Shown: positions 8,827 to 19,900 of the stretch, one piece after another
Position numbering within the stretch: the stretch's first letter is position 1
Layout: the number at the start of each line of letters is the position of its first letter
Source: an uncultured Candidatus Poseidoniales archaeon
Lineage (GTDB): Archaea > Thermoplasmatota > Poseidoniia > Poseidoniales > Poseidoniaceae
Length of the DNA: 64,000 nt
Reading direction: 5' to 3'
Assembly: GCA_964577145.1 (NCBI GenBank)
Contig: CAZNXM010000003.1
Coordinates: 6,186 to 70,185 of the forward strand
Made by a program: the position numbers and the translations under genes
Notes under the pieces: generated by a model
What the model saw: only the letters and a program-made list of their open reading frames with translations
The model's database searches: none
Told to the model about the DNA's origin: nothing

Positions 8827-9435
8827 TCAGTATGGCACGTCTTTCCATCCAATTTTGTAACCGATTAGGTTGAAACTACGGTGTAAAATGGGAGTGATTA
8901 CGATTAGGAGAAACATTGGGAGCAGAAGTGACCTATCTCCATGCGCAGAACCCGTAAGGAAAATCTGACCAAACACGAATACTGAAATTGCGAAAGGCAG
9001 AGTATCTAGTAATGGCGCCTTGCTAGAGATCTCACCTTCTCTCTTCATTCCCTTTCGGCGCTTGAAAAATGATCCCGTTGAATCACCTATCAGACTGGTG
9101 AAGCCAAGGAATGTACCCACAAGGAATGCATTTGCTGCCCATCCAGTTGCCTCATTAGTTGGTGATATGAAGACCCAATTTTCTGGAATCTGTGTCATCA
9201 GTAAGCACAACAATCCACTGGTTAGTGAACCACCGATTAGACCGTTCCAAGTTTTTCCATCTCCAAGAAGGCGGTTTCCATCGCTATGCATTCTTCCCCC
9301 ATCGATTGGCCAAGGGCCATATCCGGTCTTTGGAAGCCACTTACCCCACATCATTGCGAATGTGTTCACGAGAAATCCCGGGAGATAAATCCACAGGGTG
9401 AATAAGGCTAATTCGAAGGTATTGAACTCCGCCAT
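8827..9435 (-). CDS. carS: CDP-archaeol synthase (CarS, CDP-2,3-bis-O-geranylgeranyl-sn-glycerol synthase).
   Basis: WPIDGGRMHSDGNRLLGDGKTWNGLIGG matches the CarS PIDGG ... GDGKTWRG signature. About 6 TM, 202 aa. Confidence 0.7.
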   Translation of the reverse strand: MAEFNTFELALFTLWIYLPGFLVNTFAMMWGKWLPKTGYGPWPIDGGRMHSDGNRLLGDGKTWNGLIGGSLTSGLLCLLMTQIPENWVFISPTNEATGWAANAFLVGTFLGFTSLIGDSTGSFFKRRKGMKREGEISSKAPLLDTLPFAISVFVFGQIFLTGSAHGDRSLLLPMFLLIVITPILHRSFNLIGYKIGWKDVPY

Positions 9436-9523
9436 GGATTCCTGTCATCGCACCAACCCCTTGAACTCAGTGGCGACAAAACCTCCACGATGGCCTTATG
9501 TGCCGGATGCTAAAGCAGACAAC

Positions 9524-10774
9524 ATGGCGCAGATGAGTGTTCTCGTCGTCGGTGGCGGAGGTAGAGAGCATGCGCTTTGTCTTGGCCTTGACAGAAGTGA
9601 GAGCATTGGAGAAATTCATTGCGCTCCGGGTAATGCAGGCACTGCTGAACTCGCAACAAATCATGCCTTTAGCGAGGTTGCAGATCTCATCCATTTGGCA
9701 TTCCAACTCGATGTTGATTTTGTTGTTGCTGGCCCTGAAGCCCCACTTTGTGAAGGCTTGGCAGACCAATTAGCCAATATGGATATTCCTTGTTTCGGTC
9801 CTGTTGCAGCACTTGCACGTCTAGAGGGCAGTAAGTTACATGCAAAGCAAGTAATGCAGGCTAATGGTGTCCCAACCGCAGCCTTCCATCTACTCGATTC
9901 CAAAAGTGATATCGATGCTGCTCTCGATGATTTCTCGGGTAGTCCATGGGTAGTCAAAAGAGATGTTCTCGCAGGTGGGAAAGGCGTAGTAGTTACCGAA
10001 GATCGTGTTGAAGCCAAAGAATTCATTCTCGATTCTATCGCAAGTGATGGACAAGTCGTGTTAGAGGACTTCCTCCCAGGGGAGGAGGCGAGCATGCTTG
10101 TCGTTATGGATGAGAGTGGATATGTTTGTCTACCTGCCAGTCAGGACCACAAGCGTGAATTCGAGGGCGATAATGGTCGAAATACCGGCGGAATGGGTGC
10201 ATATGCACCAGCTCCAGTTTATACTGAAGAGGTTCGCTCCAAGACAATTGAGCGTATTGTAGAACCAATGCACCGAGACCTTGCTAATAGACGCAAGCCC
10301 TACCGTGGAGTGCTCTATGTTGGCTTGATGATTGACGCAGTGGGCGACCCATATGTGGTTGAATTCAATGTTAGATTTGGTGACCCAGAGTGCCAAATCA
10401 CAATCCCGTTAATTGCAAGTGACCTCGGGCAAATGCTCCATGCTGCAGCTAGTGGAAATTTGTCTGAGCAAGAGGTCACTTTTCACAATAAACACGCCCT
10501 GACCGTTGTGCTTGCAGCAGAGAATTATCCCGGCTCTGTTGAGAAGGGTAGGGCCATCAATAATCTACCACTTGCAAGTCCAGATTCATGGGTAAATCAT
10601 GCGGGAACAACTCTAGCTAATGAGCAACTTGTGAGTAATGGAGGCAGGGTTATTTCCTGTACAGGTATTGGTGATGATCTTGGTGAGGCTGCTGCTAAGG
10701 CATATGCATTAATCGAGAAAATCGAACTCGCTGGCTCGCACTATCGAAGGGACATAGGCCATCGTGCATTATGA
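9524..10774 (+). CDS. purD: Phosphoribosylamine--glycine ligase (PurD).
   Basis: MAQMSVLVVGGGGREHAL start motif and ATP-grasp body. Start set at the ATG at 9524. The ORF is open from 9398 and would overlap the divergent carS. Confidence 0.9.
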   Translation: MAQMSVLVVGGGGREHALCLGLDRSESIGEIHCAPGNAGTAELATNHAFSEVADLIHLAFQLDVDFVVAGPEAPLCEGLADQLANMDIPCFGPVAALARLEGSKLHAKQVMQANGVPTAAFHLLDSKSDIDAALDDFSGSPWVVKRDVLAGGKGVVVTEDRVEAKEFILDSIASDGQVVLEDFLPGEEASMLVVMDESGYVCLPASQDHKREFEGDNGRNTGGMGAYAPAPVYTEEVRSKTIERIVEPMHRDLANRRKPYRGVLYVGLMIDAVGDPYVVEFNVRFGDPECQITIPLIASDLGQMLHAAASGNLSEQEVTFHNKHALTVVLAAENYPGSVEKGRAINNLPLASPDSWVNHAGTTLANEQLVSNGGRVISCTGIGDDLGEAAAKAYALIEKIELAGSHYRRDIGHRAL

Positions 10775-10817
10775 GGTTTATTTCCACTGCACCGTTTCAG
10801 TGACCCGTTTTCGTAGG

Positions 10818-10902
10818 ACTCCTCTGCAATTCCACCCTACGGGTGGTGGGGAGGTGTTAAAAGAGGGTCTAAGGTGGCCGAGACGCTCCAGCCTTACGGC
10901 TG
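10818..10902 (+). promoter_or_regulatory. Structured leader upstream of the giant aglB: nested hairpin CTCCTC..CCACCC-tac-GGGTGG..GGAGG (10818-10856) and CAGCC-ttac-GGCTG (10889-10902), followed by GGGAG before the ATG.
   Basis: Inverted repeats read directly from the sequence in the 154-nt purD-aglB spacer. Confidence 0.2.
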
Positions 10903-10928
10903 CACTTTGACAACAGAGGGAGAAAAAA

Positions 10929-13900
10929 ATGTCGAACAATAATGGCAACCAAAACGGCGTGCCGAATGGGATGCTTGGGTGGCTAATCGCCCCCCTTGCA
11001 GTTCTAGTCGCAATCGCCGCAAACCTGATTGGTGACTTCGGTCTCAATTTGGATCTCGATGGAATGACACCGTTCGTAGCAATTATCGTCGCTGCGATCT
11101 TAGGAACTGCACCACGCACAATTCGTGAGAAAGCAGACATCACATTGCCAACACAGTACATCTCCCTCCTCGTACTAATCGTCGCAATTGTTGCTTCAGA
11201 AGGTGCTGCAATGCTATCCGGTTCTAATCTGGTTGGCTTGTTATTCTTCATCACGATGTTTGCAGGACACATTCTCGATACTCGTGGTCGACACGAGTGG
11301 AATACCGTGATGGTATTCACAATTGTAGGACTACTGTTTGCACTTATCGCTGCAGGCGATTATGCTTCAACAGGCGCTACATACGTTCTTGACGGACAAG
11401 AAATCGAGCGAACTTCCGCATGGCAGGAAGCTATCGGTTTCGTATTCTTTAACATGCTAACGCTCATGGTTGTACTCGGTTTCTTAGCCGCAGTTCTAAC
11501 CCGTGGAGTACTTACCCCTGAGAGCGAAGACGGATGGTTTGGATACATTCCTTCATTTGATGGATATTACAACAAGAAGACTTTGCCCTTGCAACTCGCA
11601 CTCTTGGTGTGGGCTGCATCGCATGCTGCTGTTCTATGGTACTTCTTCGGTTCTGGGGATTTGAACATTCTCGCAATCTATACCGATGATGCATACACTG
11701 GATATGTTGGTTATTGGCCTGCATTACTAACCGGTGTTTTTGCACTTATTGTTTCGTGGATGTGCGCTGAGCGCTGGTTCACTCGTGCAATGTTCATCGG
11801 TTCAATGTGGATTCTTTACGTCGTATCCTCGCTATATGAGCAAGGGCATTGGACTAATGAGAACTTCGAGCGTAGTTGGGCTGTATGGATTTGGTTCGGA
11901 ATCACCTTTGCTATTGGAGTGGTAATTTACTGGTTCAGTACTCATGAGAGTTACGGTGGATGGATGATTCGTGAATTGCACGAGCCTAGCGCTGCACGCG
12001 TATTCTGGTCCAATCACTGGGCAGGAATCATGACTGTTGCTGCATTCTTAACTGCACTTGCAATCAGGATTCAGTGGTATGCTGTTCCATCGATGAACTC
12101 CTATGGAATCGATTCATGGGACATGACCGGTGGTTCTGACCCGTGGTACATGAAGCGCGTTGTCGACTATATCATTGTAGAAAATGCGCATCTCATATTC
12201 GATGCAGATCGCAACTATCCAGTTGGAGGTATCAATCCACGTCCGCCTCTCTTTACTTGGTCGATTGCACTTGTTGGAATGATTATTGCACCATTGGCTA
12301 ACGTAAGTACTGAAGAAGGAGTCTGGTGGTCAATCCTTGCACTTCCTGCAATATTTGGCGCACTAACTGTCTTCCCAATGGCTGCAATGACACGTGATAA
12401 CTTCGGCAAGGGTGCTGGAGTAATCGCAGCTTGGTTAATCGCATTCATGCCAACCCATGTGCAGAAGAGTACCTGGGGAATGGCAGACCACGATTCATTC
12501 GTAATGCTGTTCATGGTTGCTGCATTCATGTTCTATCTACGCGCAGTCAAACTGGGTGGAGATGAACGCTTGGTGCGTAATGTCAATGCAAGTATACCTT
12601 CAATGCTCAACGCGATGGGTGCTGTTCTAAGGCAGCGTCGTGCTGCTTCTGGCAATGCAATCGCTTCAGGTGTTTGTTTTGCTATCGTTGCATTGGGATG
12701 GAAAGGATTCGTTTACGGTCCTGCAATTCTATTCCTTGCATACTCTGCACAAGTTGCAATGAATATGTTCCGTCGCCGTGACAGTACAATTCTTTCAACA
12801 TTGAACATTCTAATGCTTGGAACAATCTTCCTGATGGTCATTCCATTCTATGGTCACCCACAGTTGGATTTGGTTCTAAACGCAACAGGATTGCAGCCAA
12901 TGGTATTCATCGGTGGCTTCACAGTGGCAATCACTTGGATTACTACTGGATTCCGCGACAAGCCATGGTTACTTGTATTGGGTTCACTCTTCTTTGGACT
13001 CGGTGCATTCCTAGGATTGCTCTATCTCTTACAGTCGATGGATATTTCCAATGCTTGGAATGTTCTAACCACTGGAAGTGGTTATTTCAGTAAGGACAAG
13101 ATCTTCGGCACAATTGCTGAGGCAAGTGCCCCAAGCCGTGGTCAACTATTCGCAAGTTATGGGCCAATTGTATTCGTTCTTGCTATTATCATGGGATTCC
13201 TCGCTCTATGGGATGGATTCGTAAAGAAAAACTCAACACACCTCGTTCTCGGAATGTGGGTTCTTGTTGCTTCTTACATGGCATGGTCAGCTGGCAGATT
13301 CCTGTTCAACGCTGCACCAGCAATGGCCATCATGGGTTCATGGGGAATCGTCGCACTTTGGAGAGCCAGCGGTGCTGGAAAGATGTCCAAGGAATGGAGA
13401 CGAATGGGAATACGTACTCCTGGTGAGCGAATATCCAATGCTCGTCGCGCAGTATGGCGAACACCTCAATTCAGTGCAATTGGACTTATTCTGGTACTAT
13501 TGGTGAGTCAACATGCTACCTACGGCCTAGATGCTGCAATACCAGGTAGTTCTCGACATGAAGGGAACATGGATGAAACTCTGTACAATGTTATTCCAGA
13601 CATCATGCGCTGGAATGACATGGGATTCTCATTGTTAGATGATTCCGAATACGATCAGGACACAGGTCGCTGGTACCTCGGTAGTTTCGGTTCAGGTTTC
13701 AACGACCAAGGATGGAATATGGCCTATGATTGGCTTGATGAACAGGACCAAGAAATGGCTTATTCTGACCGTCCAGCATTCGTAAGTTGGTGGGATTATG
13801 GTTTCCAAGCACTTGAAACCGGTTCACACCCTTCAGTTTCCGATAACTTCCAGTCTGGAATCCCTGCTACAGGTAATATGCTTCTAGCACGAAATCAAGA

Positions 13901-16900
13901 TGACCTTGTTGCAATGTTCGTTTGGAGATTATCCGAGGGTGACCTCAAATACTCTGGAGATGGTGAACATACAGGTTCTTTCGAATCAACTCTCAAGAGT
14001 CATCTATCTACTGCAGAGGTCAATGAATTCATCGCAATTCAGACAGACCTCGACTCAGAGATGGTAAAAGCACGTTCCTTTGAGGTAGTTCAAACTAATC
14101 AGGAAGTGACAATGGCAGCAGGTACTGTATTGTCTGAGGGTCTGCTTACAAACGGAGATACTGTTTGGAAGATTTATGATTCTGGCGACCTTGTTCCCTG
14201 TGAATCTACAGAGGAATCTCCAGATGATTGTCTAGGGGAGGCATTTACTGATTTCAGTGATGCTAACACCACCTTCAACAGTCGTATTCGTTCTACAAAG
14301 GACACACTGTTTGAAACAACACACTACATCTTTGGGGACTACTGGTACACTAGCGACCTAATCGAGGAATTCGATTCGGTTAGTACATCTATTCACCGTA
14401 AGAATTCCGGAATTGCACTAGTAACTCAGTTATTGATTGGAACATTGGATAGTAGTGAACTAAACGATCTCTATGTAGACTTGATGGATAACTCCGTGTA
14501 TTCTGTTCAGAATTACGAAGGTGCACCCGGTGAAACAATTACTCGTGACCACGAGATACGATACTTTGCTGTCGACAACCGTCTGTATCCGAGAGCAGGA
14601 AAATACAGTAGTGATTACACTGGTGGAAACCCATCAGGAATTTTCGCTGCACCGACTATCCTTTCAGGACAGGACTTTAGCACTTTTATGATTGAAACCT
14701 ATGAGACACGACGTGGCGAATTCAGTGATGAGATGTCACGTGAGGAATTCGAGACTGAGATGCAAAAAGATGCAATTAATCAGCAGTCTGGTGCTCAGAT
14801 TGACCCACTACAGCTGGTTGACATTCGCATTGATCACACCTCAGATTTCTTTGAGACAATGCTCGCAAGAGCATATGTTGGATATGGTGCATCAGACCTT
14901 GGTTTCGCAACTAATGAGCAGCCAGGACAGCACTTCGGACAGTCGGGTACACCTGAAACAATGATGGCAAATGCCCTTCCACTACCAGGTGCAATGATGA
15001 ATCACTTTGTTATCGCAAATTGGTATGATGCAAATGATGCTGACAATACGATTAGTCAAGCAAATACTCTTGTAAAGATTCTGAAGTATTATCCAGGTGC
15101 AGAAATCGGTGGTACAGTTACCATGTCTGATGATGGACAACCTCTTGGAGATGTTCGAATTCTAATCGAGCGTGATGCATTCTCTGGTGAGGATAATACC
15201 GATCTAGATTCTGATACCTATTGGATTCCAATTGGTTATACTGATGCGGATGAAAATGGTGAGTGGTCCTATACAGTTCCAGCAGGCCGTATTCGAGTCT
15301 CTGCATATGCAGGAGAATATGATGATACTGCGGCAAAGGATGTTTTCCGAAGCGGTGAATATACCGAAACTCTTGCAGATTTCCTTACAGATGCAAATGA
15401 TGACCGAGATACAAACCTAATCACATCTTTACTAGGAAAGGTTGCAAACATGACCTGGATGGGTGAGTCGACAAATAATATCAGTGGACCAGTTGCAAAC
15501 CGCGATAGCGAGTTCACAGGTTCATACGATATCGAAGTTGATAGTAGCGGTGTTTCTGGAACAGTATTGTGGTCGGGACACGAATCCTTTAACGACCTAC
15601 CACTAGACAATACTACCTTTATTCTTAGGAGTATTTGGGCACTGACAGACAACTACACCCTAGAGACCACATCTGGCTCATTCAGTTCTGAAACTAGCCG
15701 AATAATGCAGGGTACCGGCGAGGTAACCTTCGTTGACGACGGCAGATTTGAATCTGAGGGAATGGCAATCGTACGTGATTTCACTGGAACCTTTGCACGT
15801 GATATTGCTGATGAACGCTCATACACATCCAATGGTTCGTGGACCGGTGCTGGACACATTGTTGCAACTTGGATTAACATGACTGCAGCAGATTGTTTAG
15901 TTGAGGAGAACGAGACAGTTCTTCCAAGTTATGTTGATGAAGATAATCATACGATATATGACACGATTTGTCTTACCGATGAGGAAAACACCTACTTCTT
16001 TGCTGGAACGGTTTCTGCCAATGGTAGAATGACTGCTGATGGAACGGTTTCCTTAGTAAAGAATCTTGATGATGAGACCTTTGAGGGCGCTGGTATCTTT
16101 TTGGGAGAGGGTACTGCAAATGGAACTGGACTATTCATTGGAGCTGGAGATTTCTCCGGTGATATGGTCAAGCCCGGTTCATTCTTCATGACTGGATTAA
16201 TACCCGGTACTTACAACATGATTGCACACCTTGACAATGGAAAGGAAGTATTGCTTCCAGAACCTCTAATTGTCGATGTCAAACCAACATTCGATATTCA
16301 GATGACCCTGCCAGGCAGTATTTTCGAAGACATATTGTACGATGGTACGGGTGAGAGATTGAATGACACTATTATCGAATTAGTCGATATGGGACTTGGC
16401 GAAGAAAGCGTAGTCACCATTGTCACTGATGAGAATGGTTCATTCTCACACGGGCCTCTTGCAAAGGGCGATTACATGTGGCGTGTTGATGTTGACCAAG
16501 ACGGTTGGTATGAGCGTGAAGTTCCACTAACTGTTGGTGATGAATCGGCTAATCTGACCCTAGAGGTATCGATTCCAACGAAGAGAGATTTGACTATCCA
16601 ATTGGAAGCAGTTGATCCATTAGACCCATTAAATCCACTAATAGATGTGACAAATAGAACTCTTGTATTCACAAATATTCTGTCAACCGATGCTAATCCA
16701 TATGTTACTAACGCAACCTCTGATGAAAATGGTGTAGTATACATTGAAATCGACAGAGGAGAGTGGATTGTTTCCGATGAATCCGATGAACAATTTGTAT
16801 TGTGGGATGAAATTAATGTGAATACTGATGACCTAAACCTCACAATGAGTTATGCTGAGAGTGTTTGGGTAAATGGTACAGTATATGCAGTACCTGAGAA

Positions 16901-19900
16901 TATTGTCGAATCTGTTGGAGGCGTGGAAAACATGACTGACGAAATGCTTAGCAACCATGTTGCGAGCAATGTCCTAACTGTTGAGGCTAGGTCTGGTTCT
17001 ATTATGCTGAGTGACGTAACTGACATGAATGGAACTTATTCACTACGTCTACCAGGCAGTAGGGTCTTCCATATTACAGCAGATGCTTACATCAATAGTG
17101 AATCTTACAATGGCGGCCATCTATTGCTCGATGCAAGTAATGGCGTACCTGCAATATTCCTACATGAAACAACAGTTGTACGTGGTTCAGTCTGGCTCAA
17201 TGAAGCTGGTGATAATGGCACATCGTGGGGCGAAGGAGTTCCTGGTTCAGAAGGTGCTGAAGTAATCGCCACAAATTCAGAAGGATTGGAATGGAGGGTC
17301 GAACTTACTGAGATTGGTGATTTCACAATTTCCCTTCAACAGGATAATTGGACTTTTACTATCTCAAATGAGGATATGAATGTTGCACCATTAGATATTG
17401 AAATTCTTGAAGAAACCCCCGCTCCGCTTGAATTAATAGCAGATCCGAACCCTGTGAACCTTACATTCCATGTATTTGTGGATACTAACGACGATAGAGT
17501 TTGGGAGAATGGAACACATGTTCAGTTAGAATTCAGTTTGATACCGGTGAGTGACTTTGGTACACAGTACAATGTTACTGCTGCTAATTATAATACTGAA
17601 ACCAATGAACTCAACATCACTCTTGATGTTGGTGAATACAGTATTGTGATGCCACAAATAAGTCCACGCGATGAGAATGCAACTGATTACATCCTCAATG
17701 GAGACTTCCCACCGGGATTAGATCTTGGATTAGCAGGTTCTGGGGATCCAGTTCCAATCATTCTTGATGCGGCTTGGTTGACTACTGGAACCGTACTAGA
17801 GGACGATGGAGTAACTCCAATGGATAATTCCAGTTTCTGGCTACGTAGCGTGGATGACGAAGAATTCCATATGGTTACAACCGATGAAAACGGAACATTC
17901 GCAGATTACTTGCCACAAGGTGAGTGGGTTGTTGAAGTTGCACCATATGAATCTAGTAGCAATGTTACAGAGATTTACCGCGGCATGATAACACTCGATG
18001 AGAATTCATCTGTTCGTACTGATCTTCAATTCATGACGAGACCTGCATTGGTTATCGATATGCAATTGCAGGAGGTTTTGACTGGAGTCAATATCACTGC
18101 TACACGAGTTACTGCAGTCAGTCAGGATGGTCTGGGCAATGTCAGTCTAGGGCCTTCGGATAATTCCGGTATGATTACTGAAGTCCTAATGCCAGGTGCA
18201 TGGACACTTTCACTTAACAAGTCAAACAGTATTGAACAGTGGATGCTAGACGAAGGCGTGTACAATTTTGATACAAGCACTGCAGTCAATGGAACATGGG
18301 ACCTTGGTATTGTTGAAGTTGAGAAATTAGTGAGCATTGGTGGTAAGGTCTTCTGGGACCTCGATGCTGATGATATTGCAGATTCAAGCGAAGGAATTGC
18401 AGATGTAAATGTCACAATTCTTGGAGGCTCGGTTAATGAGACTCTAATCACAGATGAAAATGGTGTTTGGAAAATGTTTGTTCCAATCCGTACCAATTAC
18501 ACAATTGATGTGTACAAGGATGGATTCGCAGGTGCAACTTACATGGAAGGCAATGAATCGATGTATGTAGTAAATGATACACACGAAAGCCGTGATATTG
18601 AATTGGTTGCAGGAGTGGTATCTGTTTCTGGAACTGTTACAGATATCGCACCTCAGGGACGACTTGAGAATGCAAGCGTAACTCTCTATCCAGTTATTGG
18701 AATTGAAAGAGATAGCGTAGTTGCACAAACCTCATTCGATAATGGCACTCTTACTTGGACAGCTTCTACTGCTCCAGGTGATTGGGTCGTTGTCGTCACT
18801 GGAACTGATATCACCGATAACGGTGGAGGAGTTGCAGTCGGTTTGCTTCAAGCATCTGTACAAGATGGAGCAACTCTTGACCTAGTTATGTCATATGGAG
18901 GACGAATGATCATCGATTCAAGTTGGTCGTCTTTCGATAATATTGTTGAATACAATGCTGGAGATCTCGATGAGACCGTACGTGTCGAAATTGATCTTAG
19001 TGAAGGTATTGAATGGTACATCGATTTCGATGAGAATGGAGAATTCGACATCATTCTACCAACAGGCACTGTCCAACTAATCTCAGAGTTCACCAATATT
19101 CAGCATGAAATGGGATTGGAGATGGAGTACAATGCTGCTCGTAACATCGACAACCAGGTTGGACTTGATTCCAAGACTCTTGAATTCACTCGCAGAACAA
19201 ATTCCGATATGGAAATTGGACTTGCGAGCATTGAATCCGGTGCAACTGCAGGTGAAGGAAACCTTGAGTTGAACTCAATCACAAATGACGAGAATGGCTA
19301 TGAGCAAATCGAAGTCACTCTTTCAATGGATTATGATGGAACCGAGGTCACAGATATCTTCACAGTATCTGGCGGAGTATCAGGTGCACAGGATCAGGAC
19401 CTATGGGTAGTAGAATTCTACAATGCTTCTAGTGAAGAATGGGAAACCACAATCGATGTAAGCATGGGTGTTGGAACCAATAGTACCGATGAAGCAAATA
19501 TTCTGAATGAGACTGTATTGGCAAGATTTACTCTACCGTTACAGAATGAATCAAACAGCTATGATGATGGGCACAGCCTAAACATACGAATGGTATCTGA
19601 CCAAGGTGGATTATCCGAGATTGGATTCTCTGTATTTGTTGAACAGCAATATCAAATCACATTGAGCGATTCACCTGAGGCAATCGGTGTTGCTGATGGC
19701 GGTGAAACACTAGTAACAGTTGATTTGTTCAACGAAGGAAATGGTGACGATAGCATCGAGATTTCGGCAAGTCTAGAAGAAGAGTGTATCGATTGGCAGG
19801 TTACTCCTGCGAATTCAACCATTACCATTGCATCCGGAAATGGCCGTACACAGTCTTTCACTGTGCATGCGCCAGACAATGCTACTGTCACAAGTTGTGA

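Noticed and set aside
10929-12100. The N-terminal 350 aa of the giant ORF as a separate membrane-protein gene upstream of aglB.
   Set aside because: No stop codon between it and the STT3 core in the ORF track. Read as one polypeptide, pending sequence verification.
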